Below are positions 36,523 through 46,229 of a stretch of 64,000 nt of DNA, piece by piece (the first letter of the stretch is position 1; each line of letters opens with the position of its first letter). The DNA is from Cyclobacteriaceae bacterium (GTDB taxonomy: Bacteria > Bacteroidota > Bacteroidia > Cytophagales > Cyclobacteriaceae). A program made the position numbers and the translations under genes. Location of the stretch: contig JBGSYX010000088.1 of NCBI GenBank assembly GCA_041750735.1, forward strand, positions 1,346-65,345. The letters are read 5' to 3'. A model generated the notes under the pieces. That model was not told where the DNA came from. It made no database searches and saw only the letters and a program-made list of their open reading frames with translations.

Positions 36523-37014
36523 ATGCTCGTTTCCTTTGAATCACTTTCACCAAACAGTCGTATCTGGATATACCAATCTTCCAGAGTCTTAACACCGGAA
36601 GAACAATCTATTCTTCAGTCAGAAACCGAAGCTTTCCTGATAGAATGGACCGCGCATGGACAAACACTTCGCGCCGGGATGCGAATTGAATTCGACCAAT
36701 TCCTCATCATTGGAGTCAATGAAGATGTCAATGAAGCCAGTGGTTGCTCTATTGATAAATGCGTCGCCTTTATTCGACAAATGGGGAAAAGCTTAAATAC
36801 CGACTTCCTCGACCGTTCCTTGATTGCCTACCGGTTGGATGGTAAAATGCATATCATGGATTTTAAAGATTTTAAAAATAGCCTGAGTAAGGATGAAATC
36901 TCCCAGAGGGCAGAAATTTTCAACAACGCCGTCCACACTAAAAAGGAATTCGATAAGGAATGGATACAGCCGGTGGAAACATCATGGCTCGGAAAATACC
37001 ATGTAAAAAAATAG
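36523..37014 (+). CDS. Conserved hypothetical 163-aa protein
   Basis: This is a soluble ORF starting MLVSFESLSPNSRIWIYQS..TAHGQTL..ASGCSID. From memory it resembles a Bacteroidota family often mislabelled 'ABC transporter ATPase'. It has no Walker motifs. A TAGTTTTG box lies at 36461-36468. Confidence 0.55.
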   Translation: MLVSFESLSPNSRIWIYQSSRVLTPEEQSILQSETEAFLIEWTAHGQTLRAGMRIEFDQFLIIGVNEDVNEASGCSIDKCVAFIRQMGKSLNTDFLDRSLIAYRLDGKMHIMDFKDFKNSLSKDEISQRAEIFNNAVHTKKEFDKEWIQPVETSWLGKYHVKK

Positions 37015-37199
37015 ATCACACGGCTATACTACATATTCTAAAAAAATGTTCTATTTAAAACGCTTTTTAAACCTAATCGCTAAATTTGATTGTAATAAAC
37101 CAGGGCATTGAAAACCGTTGTAAACCCATATACTGATAATTGATTTTCTGCCTACGTATTTGGGTCTTGCATGAGGTAAAATTAAAAAATGAGCATCAG

Positions 37200-39284
37200 A
37201 TGAAAATGAACAGATTCGCCGTGTATGTGTTCGCACTTTTTGCCCTGTATTTGGCTTCGTGTTCCGCCGGAAAAATGGCCATGAAAAAAGGCGACAAAAA
37301 ATTTAAGTATGGTGAATATGAGCTTTCGATTGACTATTACAACAAGGCGATAAAAGGTAATTTTAAACAAGACGAAGCAAATTTTAAAATCGGAGAGGCC
37401 TACCGGCTTTCCAACAGAATAAAAGAATCAGAGCCTTTTTATGAAGCGTCGGTAAAGCAAAACACCGACAAGGAAGATGCCAGGTACTACTACGCCATGG
37501 CGCTGAAATCGAATGAAAAGTACGACCAGGCCAAAGAAACGCTGGAGGCGTACCTCGGCAATGCCACCGATGCCAACACCAAAACCCTTGCACAAAAAGA
37601 ACTGGATAATCTGATCCTTTTAAATAAAATCCTGGAAAGCAAAAGCTTCTTTCGGGTTAAGAATCTCGAATTGATAAATACACCAGCCGCTGAATATAGT
37701 CCGGTATATCTCGATGGTGATCTTTATTTTACATCATCCCGCTTTGGTGGTAAAGTGTATAAGGCAACAGGTACTTCCTTCACTGATATTTACAAAGTAA
37801 AAACCAAGGGTGCGGTAGTAGAAACTGAAACCATCACTTCCTTGGGCGACCAGATAAATTCACCAAATACCAATGACGGATGCATCGCCTTTTCCGCAGA
37901 TGGACAAACGATGGTTTTCGCCAAAGGTAACAGTGGCAGAAAGCGCGGCGCAGATGATGTGGATCTGTATATTTCCCGGTTCAGACGAGGTGCCTGGTCA
38001 GAACCGGAATTGCTCAAGGTTAGCGATGCAAAGGCATGGGATTCTACTCCCACTTTTTCGAAAGACGGCAGCACATTGTATTTCTCTTCCAACAGGCGCG
38101 GCACCCTCGGTGGAACAGACATTTTTGCAGCGACAAAAAACAGACGTGGCAACTGGAGCAATGTGAGAAACCTCGGGCCTAAAATTAATACATTGGGCAA
38201 TGAAATGTTTCCCTTCCACTCAACAGATGGTTCGATATATTTTGCGTCAGACGGGCATCCCGGCTTTGGCGGACTTGACATCTTTATAGCCAAACGTGAA
38301 GGCGGAAGTATGATCGTGGAAAACCTGGGTCAGCCGGTGAATTCAAGCAGCGACGATTTTGGCATATTTCTCTATACCCCAGACAAGGGATTTTTCACCT
38401 CGAATCGCGAAGGCGGTAAAGGTGACGATGATATTTATACATTCATCAACAATGATCCCGACTTAAAAATCGTGAATTACTACCTCACCGGTACCACACA
38501 TACCTACGATGAAAATGGCAATGAAGTCATTCTCACGAATACTACGGTTAGATTGTTCGGGGCAAATGACGAAATCATTAATGAATTTCTAACAGGTCGC
38601 GATGGCAAATTTTTATTCAGGGTTTATCCTGAGGAGGATTATAAACTTCTTGGCGAAAAGCCTGATTATTTTACTTCCCGCGCTACCTTCTCCACCAAAG
38701 GCAAGTCTATCCCGAAAGAAGAACTCAATAAACTCGAGACCAATAAGGTATTTACAACTAAAATTGTCCTGGATCAGATTGTCCTCGACAAGTCGATCGT
38801 CCTCGAAAATATTTATTACGACCTTGATAAAGCAGAAATACGGCCGGATGCAGCCATAGAGTTGGATAAGTTAGTAACTATTCTCCAGGACAATCCTCAG
38901 ATAAAAATAGAACTTAGCTCCCATACGGATAGCAGGCAAACCGCAGCATATAACGATGACCTCTCCAAAAGACGGGCTCAGTCTGCCGTAGCTTACATCG
39001 TGTCGAAAGGGATAGATAATGACAGAATTACCGCCAGAGGATATGGCGAGTCGCAACTGCTGATTTCTGATGACGATATTGCCAAACTCCCTACAGAGCA
39101 AGAGAAAGAAGAGGCGCACCAACGCAACCGACGTACTGAGTTCAAGGTAGTAGAATATGACAAATCTGCCATGGAACCTGATGTACTACCAGAGGAAGAA
39201 CAAGAAGTTCAGGAACTCCAAACGGAAGAACGCGTTGAGCCTGTTGGCACGGAGCTCGAAGACCGGATTGATTGGGACAACTAG
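37200..39284 (+). CDS. OmpA-family lipoprotein with TPR, TolB-like beta-propeller (PD40) repeats and a C-terminal OmpA peptidoglycan-binding domain
   Basis: The product has a lipoprotein signal (MKMNRFAVYVFALFALYLASC), repeated S..P.FS.DG..LYF.S.R units, and a C-terminal NIYYDLDKAEIRPDA...LSSHTDSR...YNDDLSKRRAQS...NRRTEF. The ORF-track start at 37140 was rejected in favour of the ATG at 37200. Confidence 0.85.
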   Translation: MKMNRFAVYVFALFALYLASCSAGKMAMKKGDKKFKYGEYELSIDYYNKAIKGNFKQDEANFKIGEAYRLSNRIKESEPFYEASVKQNTDKEDARYYYAMALKSNEKYDQAKETLEAYLGNATDANTKTLAQKELDNLILLNKILESKSFFRVKNLELINTPAAEYSPVYLDGDLYFTSSRFGGKVYKATGTSFTDIYKVKTKGAVVETETITSLGDQINSPNTNDGCIAFSADGQTMVFAKGNSGRKRGADDVDLYISRFRRGAWSEPELLKVSDAKAWDSTPTFSKDGSTLYFSSNRRGTLGGTDIFAATKNRRGNWSNVRNLGPKINTLGNEMFPFHSTDGSIYFASDGHPGFGGLDIFIAKREGGSMIVENLGQPVNSSSDDFGIFLYTPDKGFFTSNREGGKGDDDIYTFINNDPDLKIVNYYLTGTTHTYDENGNEVILTNTTVRLFGANDEIINEFLTGRDGKFLFRVYPEEDYKLLGEKPDYFTSRATFSTKGKSIPKEELNKLETNKVFTTKIVLDQIVLDKSIVLENIYYDLDKAEIRPDAAIELDKLVTILQDNPQIKIELSSHTDSRQTAAYNDDLSKRRAQSAVAYIVSKGIDNDRITARGYGESQLLISDDDIAKLPTEQEKEEAHQRNRRTEFKVVEYDKSAMEPDVLPEEEQEVQELQTEERVEPVGTELEDRIDWDN

Positions 39285-39321
39285 TCCTGCCTGAAAAGTC
39301 ATTGATAATTCATTAAATTTG

Positions 39322-39347
39322 GCCTCACAATTAGTGAGGCTTTTTTT
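39322..39347 (+). terminator. Intrinsic terminator after the OmpA-family gene
   Basis: GCCTCAC pairs with GTGAGGC around a 5-nt loop and is followed by T7. It lies inside the N-terminal extension of the next ORF-track entry. Confidence 0.85.
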
Positions 39348-39363
39348 ATTTAACAATCCGTCA

Positions 39364-40533
39364 ATGCAAGATCGTTATATGCAACGCGGCGTTTCTTCCA
39401 GCAAGGAAGATGTGCACCATGCCATAAAAAAAATTGACAAGGGTCTGTTTCCTCGTGCCTTTTGCAAAATTGTACCCGACTTGTTGGGTGGAGATGACCA
39501 CTATTGCAATATCATGCACGCCGATGGAGCCGGGACAAAATCGGCGCTCGCCTATATTTATTGGAAGGAAACCGGTGACTTGTCTGTATGGAAAGGTATA
39601 GCGCAGGATGCCATTGTAATGAACATCGACGATCTGGCTTGTGTCGGCGCATTACAAAACATACTCTTTTCATCAACCATCGGAAGAAATCAGAAAGTAA
39701 TACCAGGCGAAGTGATCGCCTCACTCATCAACGGAGCTGAGGAAGTCTTACAAATGCTTCGCGATAACGGTATTAATATAATAGGTACAGGGGGAGAAAC
39801 TGCCGATGTCGGTGACCTGGTGCGAACCATAATCGTCGATAGCACGGTTACCGCGCGAATGAAGAAAAGCGGCGTTTACTCAGCAGACCAAATCGCTCCA
39901 GGCGATGTTATTGTCGGTCTTGCTTCTTCAGGGCAGGCGAGCTACGAGGACGAATACAATGGCGGTATGGGAAGCAATGGCCTCACATCGTCGCGCCATG
40001 ATGTTTTTTCAAAAGAATATGCATCCAAATATCAGGAAAGCTTCGAGCCTTCATTGCCTGAAGCACTTGTGTATTCGGGAAAGTATAAAGTGACCGATAC
40101 TCTAGACGGCATCCCGCTGAATGTGGGTAAACTTGTATTATCGCCCACCAGAACGTATGCGCCTGTTATAGTGCAGTTAATAGAAAACCTACAAAAGAAT
40201 ATTCATGCAATGATCCATTGCAGCGGAGGGGCTCAGACCAAGGTGTTGCATTTTATTGAAAAACTCCTTGTGATAAAGGATAACCTTTTCGATACCCCTC
40301 CTTTGTTCAGAATTATTCAGGAGCAAAGCAATACACCCTGGCAGGAGATGTACAAAGTATTCAATATGGGTCACCGGATGGAAATCTATCTTCCGGAACA
40401 CTTTGCAACCGAGGTCATTTCAATTGCCAAATCATTCAAGATCGATGCACAAATTATTGGCCGGGTAGAGTCGTCAGCCAGCGGCAAACAAGTAAGCATT
40501 CAAAGCCAATATGGCACATTCCATTACCATTAG
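39364..40533 (+). CDS. purM: Phosphoribosylformylglycinamidine cyclo-ligase (AIR synthase, PurM-type)
   Basis: The product has the motifs MHADGAGTK, DDLACVGA and GGETADVGD, and the PurM N/C-domain layout. I moved the start to the ATG at 39364, which is downstream of the terminator. Confidence 0.8.
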   Translation: MQDRYMQRGVSSSKEDVHHAIKKIDKGLFPRAFCKIVPDLLGGDDHYCNIMHADGAGTKSALAYIYWKETGDLSVWKGIAQDAIVMNIDDLACVGALQNILFSSTIGRNQKVIPGEVIASLINGAEEVLQMLRDNGINIIGTGGETADVGDLVRTIIVDSTVTARMKKSGVYSADQIAPGDVIVGLASSGQASYEDEYNGGMGSNGLTSSRHDVFSKEYASKYQESFEPSLPEALVYSGKYKVTDTLDGIPLNVGKLVLSPTRTYAPVIVQLIENLQKNIHAMIHCSGGAQTKVLHFIEKLLVIKDNLFDTPPLFRIIQEQSNTPWQEMYKVFNMGHRMEIYLPEHFATEVISIAKSFKIDAQIIGRVESSASGKQVSIQSQYGTFHYH

Positions 40534-40551
40534 ATGATTTAATAGATACAT

Positions 40552-40594
40552 AAAAAAAGGCCCTTTCCCCATGTCGAAGAAAAGGCCCTTTAAC
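40552..40594. terminator. Probable bidirectional terminator between the convergent purM and secDF genes
   Basis: AAAGGCCCTTT occurs twice (40556-40566 and 40581-40591). The two copies can pair as 5+5 bp with one C-C mismatch and a 14-nt loop. An A-run lies upstream and TTT downstream. Confidence 0.5.
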
Positions 40595-40617
40595 GTCTAT
40601 TTCAACCTTAACGCTTA

Positions 40618-43605
40618 CTAGCTGTCACCTTTTGGTGTTGCCTTAAGGTGTCCAAAATCCAGAACCACCGGAATAGCTATGTAAATCGAAGAATAGGTTC
40701 CTACTAATATTCCTATAAACAGCGCAAAAGAAAATCCTCGCAGTACTTCACCACCAAATACAAGGAGTATAAATACCGTCAATAACGTCGCAAAGGAGGT
40801 AATCAAGGTTCGGCTCAATGTATCATTGATGGATTGATTGAATGTGTCCTTGATGTTTTCATGTGGGCGCAGTGCCATATTTTCACGAACCCGGTCGAAA
40901 ACGATCACCGTATCGTTGATGGAATAACCAATCACAGTAAGGATAGCGGCAATGAACACCTGGTCTATTTCGAATACTTTACCAAACATCCGTGCAAACG
41001 CAAAAGCCGCAAATACAAACAAAGAGTCATGAATAAGCGATATAACTGCTCCTGCACTAAACTGCCATCTCTTAAACCGTATCAGGATATAAATAAATAT
41101 GGCAACAAAAGAAAATAGCACTGCCTCCAATGATGAGGCTTTGATATCATCTGCAATCGACGCTGCCACTTTTGAGGTACTACCAATCGTGAAATGTTGA
41201 TCATCGATGGTTGCCTTATCTTCCACGAACATTAAACCTGTCAATTCAGAAATACCTTTAACCATGGCAGCCTGAACTTTCTCATCGGCTTCTGTACTCT
41301 CATCATTGATCATGTAGCTCGTGGTGATTTTGAGCTGAGTATCCGCTCCATAGGTCTTCACCTCTGTACCGGCATTTTCAAAGTCGTCAGTAAGGGCAAC
41401 CTTGACTTCAGACGAAACTACTGCTTTTGGAAAAACTACTATGTAGGATCTTCCACCGGTAAAATCCACACCATAGTTAAAGCCGCCCTGGATAATCAAT
41501 ATAACAATTCCAATGACGATCAGCGAAGAAGAGATGATATATGCGATACGGCGTTTCCCCAGGAAATCGATATTCAGGTTTTTGAACAGGTTATTGGTGA
41601 ATGGGGTTGAAAACGAAATGGTGCTCTTGTCACCCTTTTTAGTCATCCAGCTGATGATCACTTTCGTAATGAAAACCGCTGAGAAGAACGAACATCCGAT
41701 ACCTGTCATAAGTACGGCGGCAAATCCTTTTACCGGTCCTTGCCCAAGAATAAACAAAATAAGACCGACGATGAAGGTGGTAACGTTGGAGTCTACGATG
41801 GTTGAATAGGCCTTTTCGTATCCAAGTGTAATGGCATTGAGCAAGCCTTTACCCTGCCGCAGTTCCTCCCTTATACGTTCAAAAATCAACACGTTGGCGT
41901 CGATCGACATACCGATGGTGAGTACGATACCGGCAATACCGGGCAACGTAAGCGCCGTATTGAGCTGCGCGAGAATTCCAAAGATAAAAAACACGTTGAA
42001 CACAAGAGCGGCATTGGCGATGAATCCTCCCGCGGAATAATACATCACCATGAATACAAGCACAATTAATAACCCTGAAATAATGGATATCACGCCTTGC
42101 TCCTGCGCTTCACGACCCAACGTTGGACCGATCACGGCCTCCTCAACAATTTTAGTTCTTGCAGGAAGTGCCCCAGCTTTGAGCACATTGGCAAGGTCTT
42201 GCGCCTCCTCGATGGTAAATGTACCAGTAATGATCGATTGGCCATTGGGGATTTCGGTATTTACTACAGGCGCAGATTGTATATAATCATCAAGTGCAAT
42301 ACCAATACGCCGGCCTATATTTTCACCGGTGATGCGCTTCCATGATCGTGCGCCATCACTATTCATTGACATGGAAACAGCAGGAGCGGTTCGTTCGTCA
42401 TAGGATTGCCGGGCGTCAGTTACTACGTCTCCTGTCAGCAACGGTTGGCCGTTCCTTCCAATCCGGATCGCGTAAAGTGGTAACATTTCTTGTCCGTCGT
42501 CGGTCGTGGTAACGTGTACATCCCAAAGGAACTTCACATTGTTTGGAAGCAGTCCTTTCAAGTCCCCATCTCTAAGTCGTTGTAGGATGCGGTTAATTTT
42601 TGTCGTGTCCTTGAGACTCACCATACCTTGAGGGAAATTGATCATGGTGAAAAACTCGGATGTCTGATTGTTTGCCAGTGAATCAAGTGCGGTAGAATCG
42701 CTTTTTGCAACGGTGCTGTCGCCCTGGGTTTCGAGTAGTGATGAAAGGTCGCTCTGTGGCGAGGTAGTGGTCGTTTGGGTTCCATCGGCTTGCATGGCTT
42801 TGGCCTGCTCCTCCTGCGCTAATTTCTGATTGATCGACATCAATGGCGCATATAGCTCCTGATCGTAAAAGTTGATAACCTCCCAGAATTCCAATTTCGC
42901 AACGCCTTGTAGCAGCTTGCGAACCCTCTCTTTGTTTTCAACACCGGGCAATTCGATCTGAATCCTACCGCTACCAGGCAATTGCTGGATATTTGGTGCA
43001 GAAGTTCCAAACCGGTCGATCCTTGTGCGAACAATTTCAAACGATCGTGTAATTGCCTGGGCTACCTCCTCATTGATCACACGTATTACTGCATCATCTG
43101 AGGAATCAAAACTTAACCCCTTATCCCTGTTTGCGGCATTAGCAAAATAGGAGGCCAGTTGCGCTCCAGGTCTTAATTCTTTCAGTGAACTCACAAACAA
43201 GTCAACATAACTTTCCTGGCTGGACTTCTGCTTTTCTTCGGCCAGCGCAAGCGCCTGGTTAAAGTCCGGGTCATCGATATTACCGCTTAAGCCTTTAATG
43301 ACATCAACCGGGGAAACTTCTAGGGTCACATGCATTCCACCTTGCAAATCGAGGCCAAGGCTGAGCTCGGTTTCCTTTATTTGCTTATAGGTGTACTCCA
43401 GTCCCAGGAAATTATAGATCGGTTCGTTCCATACGCTGTCGAGGTACGATTGCTTTTTGGTGAAGTCGATACTGCCATTACTATCGATGGCGAAGTCGCG
43501 CGCATCCTGCTGTATTGTCCGTGACACGAAGGTGAAGGACAGATAATAAAGACACAACAGGGTAATAATAATTGTAATGAATACAATAAAACCGTTGGTT
43601 TTCAT
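40618..43605 (-). CDS. secDF: Fused protein-export membrane protein SecDF
   Basis: The 995-aa product has a large periplasmic domain after TM1 and two six-helix bundles. Motifs include LDLQGGMHV, GPTLG and GIAGIVLTIGMSIDANVLIFERIREE, and in the SecF half IGYSINDTVIVFDRVREN. Confidence 0.95.
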   Translation of the reverse strand: MKTNGFIVFITIIITLLCLYYLSFTFVSRTIQQDARDFAIDSNGSIDFTKKQSYLDSVWNEPIYNFLGLEYTYKQIKETELSLGLDLQGGMHVTLEVSPVDVIKGLSGNIDDPDFNQALALAEEKQKSSQESYVDLFVSSLKELRPGAQLASYFANAANRDKGLSFDSSDDAVIRVINEEVAQAITRSFEIVRTRIDRFGTSAPNIQQLPGSGRIQIELPGVENKERVRKLLQGVAKLEFWEVINFYDQELYAPLMSINQKLAQEEQAKAMQADGTQTTTTSPQSDLSSLLETQGDSTVAKSDSTALDSLANNQTSEFFTMINFPQGMVSLKDTTKINRILQRLRDGDLKGLLPNNVKFLWDVHVTTTDDGQEMLPLYAIRIGRNGQPLLTGDVVTDARQSYDERTAPAVSMSMNSDGARSWKRITGENIGRRIGIALDDYIQSAPVVNTEIPNGQSIITGTFTIEEAQDLANVLKAGALPARTKIVEEAVIGPTLGREAQEQGVISIISGLLIVLVFMVMYYSAGGFIANAALVFNVFFIFGILAQLNTALTLPGIAGIVLTIGMSIDANVLIFERIREELRQGKGLLNAITLGYEKAYSTIVDSNVTTFIVGLILFILGQGPVKGFAAVLMTGIGCSFFSAVFITKVIISWMTKKGDKSTISFSTPFTNNLFKNLNIDFLGKRRIAYIISSSLIVIGIVILIIQGGFNYGVDFTGGRSYIVVFPKAVVSSEVKVALTDDFENAGTEVKTYGADTQLKITTSYMINDESTEADEKVQAAMVKGISELTGLMFVEDKATIDDQHFTIGSTSKVAASIADDIKASSLEAVLFSFVAIFIYILIRFKRWQFSAGAVISLIHDSLFVFAAFAFARMFGKVFEIDQVFIAAILTVIGYSINDTVIVFDRVRENMALRPHENIKDTFNQSINDTLSRTLITSFATLLTVFILLVFGGEVLRGFSFALFIGILVGTYSSIYIAIPVVLDFGHLKATPKGDS

Positions 43606-43677
43606 AATGATAAAATCTAATAAAGAATGAATTAAAAAGGTAAATTTTGAGTGGTTAGCTGGGGTGTAGAATCCCGC

Positions 43678-44013
43678 TTAAGGCGCGTTTGGCGATATGA
43701 TCGACCTGAAAAGTGTTCGATAGAATCGTGTAAAATTCAATGATGTTTCTATGATCGAATGCGCCTTAGTCTCTGCAATGACAGGCAGATCAAACTCCAG
43801 AGCGAGGTCGGCATGAAATACAGGCTGCAACACCTGAACCATAGAATAGAAAATATTGGGTGCAATTACGGTCGTTTCAGTGTCTTCCTTATCCGGAACC
43901 TGCCTCGATGTATCGGTTGTCGTTACTGAAGATTGGTGAACCTGATAATAGTTGCCTGCACCTGCATAGAGAAGCAGAAGGAGCGAAATCGCTAAAAGGG
44001 CAACTTTTTTCAT
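43678..44013 (-). CDS. Hypothetical small exported or anchored protein
   Basis: The 111-aa product has an N-terminal hydrophobic leader (MKKVALLAISLLLLLYAGA) and lies between udk and secDF on the same strand. No family is recognised. Confidence 0.4.
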   Translation of the reverse strand: MKKVALLAISLLLLLYAGAGNYYQVHQSSVTTTDTSRQVPDKEDTETTVIAPNIFYSMVQVLQPVFHADLALEFDLPVIAETKAHSIIETSLNFTRFYRTLFRSIISPNAP

Positions 44014-44078
44014 TGATAATTACCTTTTAAAAGGCTGCAAATCTATGAATTATTCAGTGATTGCCAAGAAACTGCAGT

Positions 44079-44705
44079 TTATTTCGAATTCAGCAAATTC
44101 CTGATGAAACCTTCCAATACATTTAATCCGCCTTCAAAACCGGTGTTGTTGGGAATGATGAGGTCCATTTCTTTTTTAAGCGGTTCCACATGCATTTTAT
44201 AGAATGGATCCACGTGGTACTGATACCTGTACAAGACATCCTCGAGGTCATAGCCGCGCTCACGGGCATCGCGTATAATGCGTCGCTTCACTTTGATCAA
44301 ATCCTCAGCCTCAATAAACACGCTCAGATCCATTAATGAACGAATCTGTGGCCAGTAAAACACCATCAGTCCTTCAACGATAATGATCGGCGCCGGCCTG
44401 AAAACCAGCATACGCGATTTAACAGCCGGATTATTAAAGGTATATTCAGTAATATGCACTTCCTTGCCAGATTTCAGGTCTTCAATGTCGTGAATCATCT
44501 GTGCTTCATTGATAGATTGGGGTAAATCAAAATTCTTTACCCCATGGACATCCAAAGGTTGCTGATCGCGATCCCGGTAATAATTGTCCTGGCTCACAAG
44601 ACATAAATCGTTCTCGCTAAACCTTTTCAGAAGCTCTTTTAAAAAAAATGTTTTTCCAGACCCGCTGCCGCCGGTAACGCCAATGATATAAGGCTTTGTC
44701 ATCAA
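44079..44705 (-). CDS. udk: Uridine kinase
   Basis: The 208-aa product has a P-loop (IGVTGGSGSGKT) and the motifs VSQDNYY and IIVEG. Confidence 0.9.
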   Translation of the reverse strand: MMTKPYIIGVTGGSGSGKTFFLKELLKRFSENDLCLVSQDNYYRDRDQQPLDVHGVKNFDLPQSINEAQMIHDIEDLKSGKEVHITEYTFNNPAVKSRMLVFRPAPIIIVEGLMVFYWPQIRSLMDLSVFIEAEDLIKVKRRIIRDARERGYDLEDVLYRYQYHVDPFYKMHVEPLKKEMDLIIPNNTGFEGGLNVLEGFIRNLLNSK

Positions 44706-45280
44706 TATGCAGTTTTAAGAAATTCCATCAATTGCTCCATCGCCCGGGATCTATGACTTATGGCGTTTTTTTCCTGCAAATCTAATTCCGCAAAAGTTTT
44801 ATCCAAACCATCCGGAATAAAAACAGGATCGTATCCAAATCCCATATCGCCTCTGGGTTTTTCGGCAATTGTTCCCTCTACCGAGCCTATGAACGTATGC
44901 GTATTTCCTTTGAAAATAAGTGTGATGACCGTGATGAATCGCGCGCGCCGATTGCGAATACCGGACAAATTGCTGAGAAGCAACTCCATGTTCGCCCGGC
45001 TGTCTCTCTGTTCTCCGGCATACCGGGCAGAATTTACCCCCGGCTGTCCGTGCAGCGCATCGACCAATAGGCCGGTATCGTCAGCAAAACAATCGACCCG
45101 ATATTTCTCATGGATGAACAGCGCTTTTTGCTGGGAATTGCCTTCGAGGGTATCCTGGGTTTCAGCAAGCTCTTCGGAATGGCCCAAATCAAAAAGGCTT
45201 ATGATATCATAAGCCTTTCCGAGTTTTTGCTGAATCTCAATGAGTTTGTTTTTGTTGTTGGTGGCAAAACAAAGCCTCAT
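44702..45280 (-). CDS. rdgB: Non-canonical purine NTP pyrophosphatase (RdgB/HAM1)
   Basis: The 192-aa product has the motifs FATNNKNKLIEI, DDTGL and FGYDPVF. It overlaps udk by 4 nt. Confidence 0.9.
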   Translation of the reverse strand: MRLCFATNNKNKLIEIQQKLGKAYDIISLFDLGHSEELAETQDTLEGNSQQKALFIHEKYRVDCFADDTGLLVDALHGQPGVNSARYAGEQRDSRANMELLLSNLSGIRNRRARFITVITLIFKGNTHTFIGSVEGTIAEKPRGDMGFGYDPVFIPDGLDKTFAELDLQEKNAISHRSRAMEQLMEFLKTAY

Positions 45281-45286
45281 GGACTA

Positions 45287-46201
45287 TTATAGATATTTTT
45301 GAACACTGACAATTTTAATGGCGAATACCAGTGCGGAATTGGCAGGAATAGTGCCATTGGCCTTTGCACCATAACCATATATCGATGGTACGAAAATGGT
45401 TGCAGAATCGAGGTTATTGAGCTCCCTGACTCCCAGTTCGAATCCCGGAATCAGTTCACCCCGACCAACCGTAAATCCAAGTGGATTGCGACCATACGAT
45501 GTATCAAATTGCTGATCGTCTAAAAGCTTCCCGGTATAATTGAGCGTGACATAATCATTATTATCAATTTCTATGGTATTGCCTGGAACATGCACAACAG
45601 TGCGTGTGCCAAACTCCGGATCAATCACCGCGGAGAACCCCTTACTGGTAATGTATTGGTCTATTTTCACATAATCCTCATCCAGCTTTTTGATATCCAC
45701 GAATTTGATAGTATAAGCTATTGGAGTATTTGGTGGAACACTTCCATAAGTTTCATCCTGAAATCCATAGAAGGAGGGTGAATAAATAGTGGATGAATCA
45801 CCTTCATGCATCAAAAAAACTGCAATCAATACTGCATCTTTAAGTGCGGCGGGATAGGTATTTTCATCGCCTAGCTTAATGGTCACCGGGAAGCCACTAA
45901 AATTGTTGACGAATTCAACTCCATCCAGTGTAAATCCCCTGTATTGTATATCTACCTCTACACCATTAAGTGTCTTATAACCCTGACCCGTTGAATGGGT
46001 TAGAAAATATGCGCCCGTGGCTGAATCGACTTCTGCATCAATGCCATTTGTTTCTAAATATGTTTTGATTGTCTCAACATCCGCTTCGAAATACTTATTG
46101 GCATCATAAAAATCATCATCCCCCGGAAGGCATGCCTGAAAAAACAGTAAAATCCCCAGTCCGGCAGTAAGCGCCATCCCCTTTACAACACTTTGTTTCA
46201 T
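45287..46201 (-). CDS. FKBP-type peptidyl-prolyl isomerase lipoprotein
   Basis: The product has a C-terminal FKBP domain (VTLNYTGKLLDDQQFDTS...GFTVGRGELIPGFELG...FVPSIYGYG) and a lipoprotein signal (GILLFFQAC). I prefer the ATG at 46201 over the ORF-track start at 46258. Confidence 0.85.
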   Translation of the reverse strand: MKQSVVKGMALTAGLGILLFFQACLPGDDDFYDANKYFEADVETIKTYLETNGIDAEVDSATGAYFLTHSTGQGYKTLNGVEVDIQYRGFTLDGVEFVNNFSGFPVTIKLGDENTYPAALKDAVLIAVFLMHEGDSSTIYSPSFYGFQDETYGSVPPNTPIAYTIKFVDIKKLDEDYVKIDQYITSKGFSAVIDPEFGTRTVVHVPGNTIEIDNNDYVTLNYTGKLLDDQQFDTSYGRNPLGFTVGRGELIPGFELGVRELNNLDSATIFVPSIYGYGAKANGTIPANSALVFAIKIVSVQKYL

Positions 46202-46229
46202 CGACCACATAACTTGTTTTATTATAGTT

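Noticed and set aside
37790-38293. A 167-aa minus-strand ORF, and a 97-aa plus-strand ORF at 37873-38166, inside the OmpA-family gene.
   Set aside because: They are shadow ORFs of a long gene that has repeated PD40-like units and a clear OmpA domain. Their composition is low-complexity (P/S/R-rich).
40556-40591. The direct repeat AAAGGCCCTTT x2, considered as a repeat element.
   Set aside because: The two copies can pair with each other (10 bp with one mismatch) between convergent genes. A bidirectional terminator is the simpler explanation.
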